Origin: Rubripirellula sp.
GTDB lineage: Bacteria > Planctomycetota > Planctomycetia > Pirellulales > Pirellulaceae
NCBI GenBank assembly: GCA_049889895.1
Contig: JBMHCO010000058.1
Coordinates: forward strand, 116 to 64,115
Direction of reading: 5' to 3'
DNA length: 64,000 nucleotides
Part shown: positions 40,319 to 50,471 of the stretch, piece by piece
How the letters are laid out: each line of letters opens with the position of its first letter
Position numbering within the stretch: position 1 is the stretch's first letter
The notes under the pieces: generated by a model
The model's input: only the letters and a program-made list of their open reading frames with translations
What the model was told of the DNA's origin: nothing
The model's database searches: none
Translations under genes and position numbers: made by a program

Positions 40319-40787
40319 GTGATCGGTTAAATCGTTTTCCAACTGAAGCTGAACGGTTCAAATGGGTACGAAAGCAGAAATTTAACTGCGTAGAACGGCC
40401 TGTATTACAGAACACCCTGATTCTCGGGCAAGCACTTAAACCAGAGACAATTGGCCGCTTCCAGAAGCGAAGGTCAAGGTGCTCCAGCGTCGACTCCGAT
40501 GAACAAAGAGGTAAGCAGCTCCGCAGCAAACCGAAACAAAGGCCCGGGCCGGACAGAGACGCAGGTCTACCGGCAGCATTGAGCGCATAAGCGGGCTGGA
40601 TCATCGGGACTTGCGTGAGGAGGCCGAGATTTGCGTGAGGAGTTCCGGTAGCCATGAGCGATCCTGGAGTTCGGGGAACCTATCGAGTTCAGTGCCGAAC
40701 CGGCCAAATCGATGATCAGTTGATGGTAACAGCATGTTAAAATTTTGGGTGACGAGAACCATCGGCGACCTCAATCGGATACCAGCG

Positions 40788-42053
40788 ATGTCACAAAACA
40801 ATCACCATCGTCGATACAGCCTCCTATGTAGGCTTAGGATTTCTGCCGCAGCGTTCAACGCTTGCATCTACTTCTGCCTGCCACTTCCTTCCGCGAGTCT
40901 CTTAGCGGATACCGTCGAACTCTCTGGCGGAGGCCATCTCAGTGGGCAGGTAGAGCGTAAGGATGACTACGTGGTCGTTAGGATTGACGACTCGATTCAG
41001 ATCGCCTTACCCGCAAGTCGGGTGCAAAGGGTGGTCAAAAGCGAATCACTTGATGCCTATCGCGACTTGGCTGCAAAGCTAGGAGACGACGCTGAGAAAC
41101 ATTACCAGATGGCGCTTTGGTGTGTTCGCTCGGAACAGGTGCCTGGTGAAATACAAAAATACAAAGACTACCACCTGCAACGTACCATCGCACTGGATCC
41201 CGATCATGCGAAAGCTCGAGCCGCACTGGGATTCACACAAGAAAATGGACGCTGGATTCAGACCAATCAATTAATGACCGATCGTGGAATGGTACCGGGA
41301 ACCACGGGTTGGGAACTTCCCGAGGCTGCAGCGATTGCCGACTATCAAGACTCGCAGAATGTAGATGCCAGACAGTGGACTCGTGAAGTCAAACGTTTGG
41401 TCGCGGTGGTACTTCGAGGTTCATCCAAGGCACCGGAGGCACTCGAGAGTCTCAAGGCGATTGATGATCCTCTTGCTGCAGGCGCGATCGCGGGTGAACT
41501 CCTCGAGTCTCGTGGCAAGTCGATTCAAAGTCGCCAACTGCGAATGGTTTGGATTGAACGCTTAGGACAGTACCGAAATCTTGTCGCGGTAGAAGCGTTG
41601 GTGCGCACTGGTCTCGAAGAGCCTGACAATGTGATTCGAGAAGCGGCGCTCGAGCAACTCGTTGATTATGGATCTGATTCGGCCATCGCAACCTACCTGC
41701 AATACCTAGGTAGCAATGACAACAAGCTGGTTAACCGAGCCGCTCAGGCACTCACTTGGTTTCCTGACCCGGAACGATCCATTCAGTACATCAAATCATT
41801 GGTCACCACCCACCAATATGAATCAGCGCCGGGCCCAGAGATGCAGGTCGGTTTTGGAGAAAACGGAGGTGGTTTGCAGATGGGGGGCAAAAAGCAAGTT
41901 CGCACTGAAAGACGCAAGAATCCCGCCGTGCTAACCTTGGTTAAAGAGGTGATGCCTGAGGAAGTAGACTTTGGATATGACGAACAAGCGTGGCTCAAAT
42001 ATGTCGCTGAGCAGCGTAATCAATTCAGTGGTGATTTAAGACGAGACCCCTAG
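40788..42053 (+). CDS. Secreted planctomycete HEAT-repeat protein
   Basis: ADTVELSGGGHLSG; LDPDHAKARAALGF; helical repeats IREAALEQL and VNRAAQAL. Confidence 0.8.
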   Translation: MSQNNHHRRYSLLCRLRISAAAFNACIYFCLPLPSASLLADTVELSGGGHLSGQVERKDDYVVVRIDDSIQIALPASRVQRVVKSESLDAYRDLAAKLGDDAEKHYQMALWCVRSEQVPGEIQKYKDYHLQRTIALDPDHAKARAALGFTQENGRWIQTNQLMTDRGMVPGTTGWELPEAAAIADYQDSQNVDARQWTREVKRLVAVVLRGSSKAPEALESLKAIDDPLAAGAIAGELLESRGKSIQSRQLRMVWIERLGQYRNLVAVEALVRTGLEEPDNVIREAALEQLVDYGSDSAIATYLQYLGSNDNKLVNRAAQALTWFPDPERSIQYIKSLVTTHQYESAPGPEMQVGFGENGGGLQMGGKKQVRTERRKNPAVLTLVKEVMPEEVDFGYDEQAWLKYVAEQRNQFSGDLRRDP

Positions 42054-42056
42054 GTT

Positions 42057-43181
42057 CTATCGAGTCTCTCGAATGACCTCTCGCACGAACTTTTGATCGA
42101 CATCACCAACCAGATCAACTGCACCTATGCGGCTCGGCAGAATGAATCGAAGCTTTCCGTGCTCCACTTTTTTGTCTCGCATCATGACCGGGAGCATCTG
42201 ATCAGGATCCGCTTCGGGTAGCACAACAGGGAGTCGACACTCCTCGAGCAATCGAGTCTGTCGTTCTAACAAGTCATCGCTAACCAATCCTAACCGCTGA
42301 GCTAATCGAGCGGCCATCTCCATTCCAATAGAGACGGCCTCACCGTGCAGCAGCTTTCCGTATCCACAAGTTGCTTCAATCGCGTGTGCAAAGGTGTGGC
42401 CATAGTTCAAAATGGCACGTCTTCCGCTGGTTTCTCGTTCGTCTTCACCAACCACTCTTGCTTTACTCTCGCAACTCTTTTCAATGGCGTAACGAACCGC
42501 ATCACTTTGTCGATTGACGAGATGCAAAGCATTCGCTTCAAGCCAACTAAAAAAATCGGCATCATCAATCACGCCATACTTGACCACCTCGGCCAAACCA
42601 CTGAGATAACTTCGGTCCGGCAAAGTTGAAAGCACATCAGAGTCAATCAGAACAAGGGATGGCTGCCAAAATGCTCCAACCATATTTTTGGCCGTTGGTA
42701 GATTGATCCCGGTTTTACCACCAACGCTACTGTCAACCATCGCCAAAAGTGTGGTTGGCACCTGAACAAACCGAACACCTCGGGCAAACGAAGCGGCAAC
42801 GTAACCAGCTAGGTCCCCAACGACACCGCCACCAACGGCAATTACTACGCTTTTGCGGTCTCCACCCTCAGCAAGAATCCACTGCAATAGGCGATTGAAT
42901 TCTTCAATTGATTTACTGCCTTCACCTGATTGCACAGAGGTTTCGCTAACGCGAACCGAGACGGCCTTCTGCTCGAATGCCACCTTGAGTTGGTCAGCCC
43001 AGGGTGATTTCACTGCTTCATCTGAAATCAATAAGGCATGGCTCAAATCTGGAATTGCTTCCAGTATCAAGTCGACAAACCGACCAACCTCTCCACTGGA
43101 GATTTGAATATCGTAACTTCGATCACCAAGCTGAACTCGGACGCAGGATTGACTGTCCGAAGAGCTTCTTTCAGAGTTCAT
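42057..43181 (-). CDS. aroB: 3-dehydroquinate synthase
   Basis: GEGSKS; GGGVVGDLAGYVAA; PTTLLAMVDSSVGGKTG; LNYGHTFAHAIE; HGEAVSIGM; DKK. Start ATG 43181. Confidence 0.98.
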   Translation of the reverse strand: MNSERSSSDSQSCVRVQLGDRSYDIQISSGEVGRFVDLILEAIPDLSHALLISDEAVKSPWADQLKVAFEQKAVSVRVSETSVQSGEGSKSIEEFNRLLQWILAEGGDRKSVVIAVGGGVVGDLAGYVAASFARGVRFVQVPTTLLAMVDSSVGGKTGINLPTAKNMVGAFWQPSLVLIDSDVLSTLPDRSYLSGLAEVVKYGVIDDADFFSWLEANALHLVNRQSDAVRYAIEKSCESKARVVGEDERETSGRRAILNYGHTFAHAIEATCGYGKLLHGEAVSIGMEMAARLAQRLGLVSDDLLERQTRLLEECRLPVVLPEADPDQMLPVMMRDKKVEHGKLRFILPSRIGAVDLVGDVDQKFVREVIRETR

Positions 43182-43528
43182 GAGGTCGGAGATCCAGTTT
43201 TCGCTAATTTGGTACAAGCAGGCAGAGACAATCTTTGGGAATAGGTTATTCGCAAACCCCACCACGCGCCCATCACCCCAAGTCAGACTCTTCCAAGAGG
43301 CTTGTAGCTTGCGTCCCCCTTTACTGAGAAAAAGGCTGATCAACCTAAAATGTCAGGATTGCTGCCAAACCGCATTCAAGCTGAAGCGATTCGACGTTAA
43401 TCTCCGTGAACAGGTCGAGGGACGCCGAATCAGACTCACATCAGCATCTTCTGGTTGCTCGATTTACAGAATTCTACAATCCTTTCGTAACCAGCAACCT
43501 TCATTCACTTTTTGCACCCAATCTCGCC

Positions 43529-44125
43529 ATGTCGCAAGGCTCAACAAACCCGATCAGCGATCACTCTGACAAATACAACGACCCACGGGTGAGCATTACC
43601 TGGCGGGGCATTTTGATTGCGGTGGGAATCGGCATTTTCAGCATCGTCGGTGCGGCAGTGAGTATCGTTGGCCGCAGCACAAAGCTTGATAAAACCACGC
43701 AATTCTGGGGTAAAGAAGTCATTCTCGCGCTACAACTTGGTGAACGCATGGAACTCCGTCCGCGTGGCAGGGAGACATTCACGCCGGTCGATCTATCAGG
43801 TACCCCCGGACTTGGGCACCTGCGTCGGTTGCTGCTAGATGAGCGGAATTATGACTTTACCACGCCCGGCGAGGGCAATGCGATGGAAGACTGCGGGGAG
43901 CCGATTGAAAAAAAACCACGTTGCATCCAACTTCGACTGACCGACCCCACAGCACACCGCTTTGACGTGGTGGAATTGGATCTGAATCTGGAGACAGGTT
44001 GGGTGGGAACCTCGGACGGTCAACGCCGAATTCGCGTCCTCGAAAGAACGCTACCAAAGCTACGTAAATACTTCGAGACGACCATCACCGTCCAACAACT
44101 TCGCTCGGACTTCCGTGATAAGTAA
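43529..44125 (+). CDS. Hypothetical single-TM protein
   Basis: MSQGSTNP start; TM ILIAVGIGIFSIVGAAVSIVG; soluble C-terminal domain; fills the gap between genes. Confidence 0.7.
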   Translation: MSQGSTNPISDHSDKYNDPRVSITWRGILIAVGIGIFSIVGAAVSIVGRSTKLDKTTQFWGKEVILALQLGERMELRPRGRETFTPVDLSGTPGLGHLRRLLLDERNYDFTTPGEGNAMEDCGEPIEKKPRCIQLRLTDPTAHRFDVVELDLNLETGWVGTSDGQRRIRVLERTLPKLRKYFETTITVQQLRSDFRDK

Positions 44126-44529
44126 TCCGAGGTAAAGCTAGGGCACCGCGCTGCAAAAGAGTCTCTCACTCACGATTCCACGACTATTTTCGGGAATCAG
44201 GCGGCGAGATGGGCGGCAAATTCAATAACTCTGGGGATATAGCGAACACACCCATCAGTCGTGGAAGACCAGGGCATACGCCTCAAAACTGCTACAACCG
44301 CCATTTCTCACCCACCTCTATTGGACAATTTACCGCCCTCGGCGAGAGGATCGGGTATACTTTTACGATGAGAAAAACAGCCCGAGCGGTTTGTGAGGAG
44401 CGAACGTGAAATTCGCCCGCTAACGTTTAACCCTGCACACAATGCGTCCCTTTCGAACAACTTGTCGGGTTGCACGCCTTATCTCGCACGAAACTCGATC
44501 CCCATTGTCTCTTTGAAAATAAGACAATT

Positions 44530-46116
44530 ATGCCCGAGCAATCCTCACCAAATCCCGACGATCTGATCCCACAACTTCCTTCGGATCACGATGCTCACGC
44601 TGATTCGGAAGCTGAAGTCTACGAAGATGCTGACCCCACACGCCACTTCCTTTGGTTCCAAGCGGCTCCAGCTTGGTTGGTCAGCATGGTGGTTCATGTA
44701 CTGATCTTGCTTGTCCTTGGATTGGTTACGATTGCTGACCCGATCAAAATCGTAAACGTCCTCTCAGCAAATTACTCGGGCGAAGAAGGTCCTGAGGTCG
44801 AGGAATTTACCATCGAGGAAATGGACCCCGGGGACATAAGTGAACTCGAGGAAGAAGTGGTGGAACCAGTTGATGTCGCAGAAGCGATGGAAATGGTTGA
44901 GCCGACTCCGATGGATCCAATGGAAATTGCGACCGTCGACTTTGAGGTAACGGACTTCGCCTCGGAAATGGCGCCCACTGCAATGTCGCTTCAAACTGTC
45001 TCTTCGCTGAATGTTCAGCCAATGAGCAGCCGAACGGCCGACATGAAGAAAAAGCTACTGCGCGATTATGGCGGAAACGAATCCAGCGAAGCTGCCGTAA
45101 CCGAGGCTCTTAAATGGTTGTCACGACACCAGATGCCCAATGGTGCTTGGACATTCCAGCACAACCTCGTCTGCAACGGTCGCTGCGGCAACCCCGGTGA
45201 ACCCAATCGTGCCAAGGCATTCAATGCAGCAACCGCAATGGGTGTTCTGCCATTTATGGGTGCAGGTCAAACGCACAAAGCAGGAGAGTTTCGTGAGGTC
45301 GTGTTTCGCGCCCTGAGATTCCTTGTCCAGAACGGAAAAGCAGGAACTCAGGGTGGTCTTCCTGTGTTGGACCTGAGTGAAGGTGCTGGCAACCTTTATT
45401 CTCATGGGCTAGCAGCTATCGCGCTTTGTGAAGCATACGCAATGACCGAAGATCCAGAATTGCTTGCTCCAGCTCAAGCAGCAATCAACTTCATTGTGTA
45501 TGCTCAGTGTCGTGACGGAGGCTGGAGATATCGACCACAGCAACCCGACGGCGGTGATACATCGGTAACAGGCTGGCAGGTCATGGCGCTCAAGAGCGGT
45601 TACATGGGGCACCTGATCATCCCACCACGCACCATCCAAGGCACTTTGCTCTTTCTAGACAAAGTCCAGTCCAACAACGGCGCCATTTACGGATACGCCG
45701 GCCCAAGTACGAGCATGCGGCCATCAACCACCGCAATTGGCCTCCTTTGCCGCATGTACACAGGCTGGGACAAGAAGCACCCTGGGATCGTCGCTGGTGT
45801 TGAAGGCCTTGCGAAAGTCGGCGTTCTCAAAAATGACATCTACTACGACTACTATGCTGCTCAGGTCCTGCGTCACTACGGTGGAGAAAAGTGGGACAAG
45901 TTCAACGTCGAACTTCGTGATTGGCTCGTCTCCACTCAATCACAAGACCCGGGATCCAAAGGTAGTTGGCACTTCCCTAACAGTGCTTCACATCGTGGAC
46001 CCAAAGAGGGTGGGCGGCTTGCGAGTACAGCATTCGCAACCATGATCCTCGAAGTCTACTACCGCCACATGCCACTCTATGCGGATGCTGCGGCTGAAGA
46101 CGAGTTCCCCCTCTAA
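44530..46116 (+). CDS. Membrane-anchored prenyltransferase/squalene-oxidase-repeat (alpha/alpha-barrel) protein
   Basis: TM AWLVSMVVHVLILLVLG; acidic linker; ALKWLSRHQMPNGAW; AQCRDGGWRY; DTSVTGWQVMALKS; YYDYYAAQV; TAFATMILEVYYRH. Confidence 0.88.
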   Translation: MPEQSSPNPDDLIPQLPSDHDAHADSEAEVYEDADPTRHFLWFQAAPAWLVSMVVHVLILLVLGLVTIADPIKIVNVLSANYSGEEGPEVEEFTIEEMDPGDISELEEEVVEPVDVAEAMEMVEPTPMDPMEIATVDFEVTDFASEMAPTAMSLQTVSSLNVQPMSSRTADMKKKLLRDYGGNESSEAAVTEALKWLSRHQMPNGAWTFQHNLVCNGRCGNPGEPNRAKAFNAATAMGVLPFMGAGQTHKAGEFREVVFRALRFLVQNGKAGTQGGLPVLDLSEGAGNLYSHGLAAIALCEAYAMTEDPELLAPAQAAINFIVYAQCRDGGWRYRPQQPDGGDTSVTGWQVMALKSGYMGHLIIPPRTIQGTLLFLDKVQSNNGAIYGYAGPSTSMRPSTTAIGLLCRMYTGWDKKHPGIVAGVEGLAKVGVLKNDIYYDYYAAQVLRHYGGEKWDKFNVELRDWLVSTQSQDPGSKGSWHFPNSASHRGPKEGGRLASTAFATMILEVYYRHMPLYADAAAEDEFPL

Positions 46117-46211
46117 GACTCAACCCCGCGTAAGCGAGCGGCACCTTCGGGATCTAGAAGATCATCAAACAGCAATCATGCTACGTCGTGGTCGCTGATT
46201 GCTCATGCAGA

Positions 46212-47585
46212 TCAGGAAAAGGTGAGCCAGCAAATCAAGGTAACAACGACGGCACCGATCACGTTGAGCGCAAACCCTTCTTTAGCCATCTCGCGAATGG
46301 TCAGTTGATCACTACCGAAAACAATTGCATTGGGCGGTGTTGCGACTGGTAGCATGAATGCAAAGCTAGCACTTATTGCGGCAGGCACCATCACCAGACG
46401 AGGGTCAATGCTCGCCGCAACTGCGGTCGCTGCAAGGATTGGCAGAATCAAATTCGCGGTCGCGGTGTTACTACTGACCTCAGTCAAGAAAGTCACCGAA
46501 AAACAGACAGCAGCAATCATGACCAACGTAGGAATATCGGAAAGCCGAGTGAGCGAAGAAGCGATGACCTGATCCAATCCAGATTCAGTGAACGCACGTG
46601 CGATTGCGATCCCACCGCCAAAAAGAATCAAAACGCCCCACGGTATTTTCTTGCAGTCTTCCCACGACAACAACGTACTCCCCTTTAAGTTTGGGATGCA
46701 ATGCATTGCCACCACTGCAAGTAAAGCCACGCTTGCATCTGAGGCTCCCTCGAGCCCAAACGCACCGGACCATCCTCCTTGGGGACCTTTACGAGTGATC
46801 CACAACAATGCGGTAATCACAAAAACCGTGAGTGTTGCAATCTCTTCAAATCGCCATGCCCCAACCCTGGGTAACTCAAGCGATTCAGACCGCGAAAGAC
46901 CTCGAGTCAACCAGAAGCCAATCAGCGGAAGCATCACCAACACCACGGGTAACGCCCACTGCATCCATCTGGTGAACGACGGCTCAACCCCTCCTGCAAC
47001 CTCGGTGTAGAGCCGCATAAAAACGAGATTCGGAGGTGTACCAATCGGTGTCCCGATACCTCCCACGCTAGCTGCGTAAGCTACCCCCAGCAGAAGACAT
47101 TTTTTGAGAGCTAGATCACTGCTATGTGCGGTAACAGCTAAAACGATGGGCAATAGCATCAAGACGGTGGCAGCATTGGAAATCCACATGCTCAAAAATG
47201 CCGATGCAGCCATGAACCCAAAAACCAAACGCCTTCCTCCATTTTCCCCGCGAAAACCATGAACCATCATGACGGCAATGCGGCGGTGGGACCCGCTTTT
47301 TTCCATCGCCATCGACAGCATGAATCCTCCCATCATGAGTAGAACGAGAGGGTCACCATAAGCACCGCCAACCTGTTTCGAATCTAGCACTCCAACCAAT
47401 GGCAGCACCGCGATAGGTATCAAACTGGTCACGGCAATTGGCACCGGCTCGAAGATCCACCAGATCGCACAGCAAACCACCACTGCCGCTGTCCATGCAA
47501 TGTCAGCACCATGCCCGATCCCAAACATGGTAAGCCAGGTCACGAAGGCAAGGCCTGGCCCCAAGAACATTGTTGTCGTCTTCAT
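46212..47585 (-). CDS. SLC13/DASS family Na+:dicarboxylate/sulfate symporter
   Basis: LSMWISNAAT; GGIGTPIGTPPN; TEVSSNTATA; FMLPVATPPNAIVF. Confidence 0.93.
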   Translation of the reverse strand: MKTTTMFLGPGLAFVTWLTMFGIGHGADIAWTAAVVVCCAIWWIFEPVPIAVTSLIPIAVLPLVGVLDSKQVGGAYGDPLVLLMMGGFMLSMAMEKSGSHRRIAVMMVHGFRGENGGRRLVFGFMAASAFLSMWISNAATVLMLLPIVLAVTAHSSDLALKKCLLLGVAYAASVGGIGTPIGTPPNLVFMRLYTEVAGGVEPSFTRWMQWALPVVLVMLPLIGFWLTRGLSRSESLELPRVGAWRFEEIATLTVFVITALLWITRKGPQGGWSGAFGLEGASDASVALLAVVAMHCIPNLKGSTLLSWEDCKKIPWGVLILFGGGIAIARAFTESGLDQVIASSLTRLSDIPTLVMIAAVCFSVTFLTEVSSNTATANLILPILAATAVAASIDPRLVMVPAAISASFAFMLPVATPPNAIVFGSDQLTIREMAKEGFALNVIGAVVVTLICWLTFS

Positions 47586-47715
47586 TGAAACTCTCGCCAG
47601 CACATACACTCGGATTGAACACCGCCGGTGTAGCATACAAGAATCTGCCGAGTGCTGCCTGATTGCAGGGAACGGGATCCAAAACAATCACCTTGAGTTG
47701 ACAAAAGGTCAACTC

Positions 47716-48600
47716 TCAATCAGTCTCGATTTGGCTGCCGTAAGGACGAGAACTAATCACACCTTCTTGTGGACTGCTGGCGGTCGCATAAAGCCGTTTT
47801 GGGATCCGTCCCGCCAAGAACGCGTCACGCCCAGCCAGTGCAGCATTCCGCATCGCGCGTGACATCAGAATAGGATCTCGAGCGTGAGCGATTGCGGTGT
47901 TGAGCAACACGCCATCGGCCCCCAATTCGAAGGCTGCACTGACATCACTGGCAGTTCCAACCCCAGCATCAATGATCACAGGGTAATCAGGATCATCTTC
48001 TTTGAGGTACTCGAGAATGATTCGAAGATTGTTAGGATTTAGCAAACCCTGACCGCTCCCAATTGGGCTTCCGGCTGGCATAACGCTTGCCGCGCCAGCA
48101 GCCTTGAGACGCTGAGCAGTGACCGGACAGTCGCTGGTATAGCACAGCACGCTAAAACCATCTTTGACCAACTCCTGACATGCCTCCAACGTTCCAGCGG
48201 GATCAGGCAAGAGGGTTCGACTATCGCCGAGAACCTCGAGCTTTACCCAATCGGCTCCCGAATTACCAAGTGTTCTAAGGATCTCACGCCCGAGCTTTGC
48301 CGCACGAACCGCATCTTTAGCGGTGTAACAGCCGGCTGTATTGGGCAGCAGGGTGTACCGGTCAAGGTCAATGAAGTCGAGAATATTTTGACCGCTTCGA
48401 TCGTACAGTTTTTCTCGACGAACAGCGACCGTTACACAGTCACTACCAGATTGTTCCAAGGAATCTCGCATCTGCTCCATCGTGTCATATCGACCGGTGC
48501 CTACGATCAATCGGCTATCAAGTGTGTGGCTGCCCACCACCAGCCGCTTATCCTTGCGAGTTCCCGATTGGACGACGGTTGTTTCAGAGGTGGATGACAC
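47716..48600 (-). CDS. thiG: Thiazole synthase
   Basis: [10 protein letters not shown]; LPNTAGC; WVKLEV; [12 protein letters not shown]; DAGVGTASD; [15 protein letters not shown] start about 48600. Confidence 0.98.
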   Translation of the reverse strand: MSSTSETTVVQSGTRKDKRLVVGSHTLDSRLIVGTGRYDTMEQMRDSLEQSGSDCVTVAVRREKLYDRSGQNILDFIDLDRYTLLPNTAGCYTAKDAVRAAKLGREILRTLGNSGADWVKLEVLGDSRTLLPDPAGTLEACQELVKDGFSVLCYTSDCPVTAQRLKAAGAASVMPAGSPIGSGQGLLNPNNLRIILEYLKEDDPDYPVIIDAGVGTASDVSAAFELGADGVLLNTAIAHARDPILMSRAMRNAALAGRDAFLAGRIPKRLYATASSPQEGVISSRPYGSQIETD

Positions 48601-48705
48601 GATTGCTTCTTTACTTTTCAAATCTAAAACAGAGTCATATTGTGACCCAAAAAACTGTCACAGCGTTATTCAGCCTCACAAATCCGAGGCACCGCGATAT
48701 CAACC

Positions 48706-48909
48706 TCAACCGCCACCAACCAAGGTTACAACCTCGAGTTGATCGCCAGCTTGAACAACTCGAAAGGCGTGCTCTTCACGAGGCACAACCTCCGCATTGA
48801 CTTCGACAGCGAGGTAATTTGGAGGAACATCAACCAACTCAAGAACTTGCTCCAACGTACTCCCAATTGGCACGGAAACCGCTTCGCTGTTAACGTGGAT
48901 CTCAATCAC
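48706..48909 (-). CDS. thiS: Sulfur carrier protein ThiS
   Basis: [11 protein letters not shown]; C-terminal EVVTLVGGG; lies directly upstream of thiG. Confidence 0.97.
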   Translation of the reverse strand: MIEIHVNSEAVSVPIGSTLEQVLELVDVPPNYLAVEVNAEVVPREEHAFRVVQAGDQLEVVTLVGGG

Positions 48910-49094
48910 TCTTGATGTCAAATTGTAAGAGGAAAGGAAAAGCAGGACGCGAAAAAGCGATCGGCTGATCGCTCACTCCGCGAATTTTCGCTCACCCTAT
49001 GATCGCCCGTTTGTGCGGTTTCCGAAACCACCATTTAAGCAATCCAGCAAAAATCGGCTAGAACCACCAGTCGATTGGCCAAGTACCGTGATGT

Positions 49095-49129
49095 AAAAAA
49101 GCCTCCTGTATCGTCTGACACAGAAGGCT
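49095..49129 (-). terminator. Probable intrinsic terminator after the sugar-isomerase gene
   Basis: Minus strand AGCCTTCTGT-GTCAGACGAT-ACAGGAGGCT followed by a T run. Confidence 0.6.
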
Positions 49130-49167
49130 ATTCAAAAACAACCATGATGAGCTGTGTGGCGGAGACG

Positions 49168-49197
49168 TCCGTACCGAGATTCGAAGGTCGGTACGGA
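49168..49197. repeat. Perfect 10-bp inverted repeat (REP-like hairpin)
   Basis: TCCGTACCGA-GATTCGAAGG-TCGGTACGGA, just downstream of the 49212 stop codon. Confidence 0.8.
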
Positions 49198-49211
49198 GCT
49201 AAAACCGCTGA

Positions 49212-50213
49212 CTAATTACCTTCGTCAAAAGCCGCATCGAAAGCACGATTGCTCGGTGAAAAGTCCAAACGCTTGGTGAATTCGCAAGCCTCTCGAGCAC
49301 CGAAGGTTCGCTCCATTCCACTGTCTTCCCATTCGATAGACAGAGGACCTTGGTAGCCGATGTCATTCAACGCGCGAATGATCTCTTCAAAATTCACACC
49401 ACCACGACCGGGACTGCGAAAATCCCAACCTCTTCGATGATCACCAAAATTGATATGGCTGGCCAAGATACCGCTGCGGCCATCAAGCTTGACGATGGCG
49501 TCCTTGATGTGGACGTGGTAGATCCGGTCAGGAAACGCTCGAATGAATTCAACCGGATCAACTCCCTGCCAAATCAAATGACTGGGGTCAAAGTTGAAGC
49601 CAAACTCGGGTCGATGATCAAGTGCTTCCAGAGCACGCTGAGCGGTGTAAATATCAAACGCGATTTCCGTTGGATGCACTTCCAACGCAAATCGGACTCC
49701 GCACTCTCCAAACACATCCAAGATCGGATTGAACCGCTCGGCCAAAAGATCAAAACCGGCATCAATCATGCTGGGCGGCACGGGCGGGAAAGAATAAAGA
49801 AGATGCCAAATGCTGCTGCCGGTGAAACCATTGACAACATCGACGCCAAATTTTTGTGCGGCACGAGCCGTATTCATGAGTTCTTCGACCGCTCTCTGAT
49901 TGACCCCCGCCGGATCTCCATCACCCCATACGTACGGAGGCAGGATGGATTCGTGTCGCTGATCGATATTGTCAAGCACTGCCTGACCTACGAGGTGGGC
50001 ACTAATTGCGTGGCACTGAAGACCAGCATCATCCAGTTGCTTACGCTTGTTTTCACAGTAGTCATCCTCGGCGATTGCTCGATCGACCTCGAAATGGTCA
50101 CCCCAGCAAGCTAATTCGATGCCGTCGTAACCGAACTCGGCGGTCATTCGAGCCATTTCTTCGATGGGAAGATCTGCCCACTGGCCAGTGAAAAGGGTGA
50201 CGGGACGTGCCAT
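49212..50213 (-). CDS. Sugar phosphate isomerase/epimerase (xylose-isomerase-like TIM barrel)
   Basis: [10 protein letters not shown]; FALEVHPTE; FDPSH; YHVHIKD; LSIEWED. Confidence 0.93.
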   Translation of the reverse strand: MARPVTLFTGQWADLPIEEMARMTAEFGYDGIELACWGDHFEVDRAIAEDDYCENKRKQLDDAGLQCHAISAHLVGQAVLDNIDQRHESILPPYVWGDGDPAGVNQRAVEELMNTARAAQKFGVDVVNGFTGSSIWHLLYSFPPVPPSMIDAGFDLLAERFNPILDVFGECGVRFALEVHPTEIAFDIYTAQRALEALDHRPEFGFNFDPSHLIWQGVDPVEFIRAFPDRIYHVHIKDAIVKLDGRSGILASHINFGDHRRGWDFRSPGRGGVNFEEIIRALNDIGYQGPLSIEWEDSGMERTFGAREACEFTKRLDFSPSNRAFDAAFDEGN

Positions 50214-50471
50214 GAAGGTCTCCAGCGTGATTGGTATAAGAAGAACACAAGAATTCCGGTCGCGATATTTTGCGCGCTCCCGCCCTCACCCTGCAACATG
50301 CCACCGGACCCCCTCCTGCTTTTCCAAGGGACAGGAAAGGACAAAAGTGGTGTTCCGGCAGGGAAGATAGGGTTAAAATCACATGTTCGCTCTGAGTCAT
50401 TCTCAGTGGTGAGTCAGTCTTAACGGATCGACCCATCATCATTTCCACGTCCAATACGCAAGAGCCAAACG

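Noticed and set aside
40314-40734. SAM-I or other riboswitch upstream of cysH, and the 114-aa ORF 40311-40655
   Set aside because: No SAM-I core motifs are visible; the ORF lacks features and overlaps the predicted promoter.
44530-46116. Annotation as squalene-hopene cyclase (shc)
   Set aside because: Single barrel, no DxDD motif, and a TM anchor with an acidic stalk unlike SHC.
48909-49095. TPP riboswitch upstream of thiS
   Set aside because: The conserved aptamer elements are not found on the minus strand.
49350-50114. 254-aa plus-strand ORF
   Set aside because: Antisense shadow of the well-supported sugar-isomerase gene, with no recognisable motifs.
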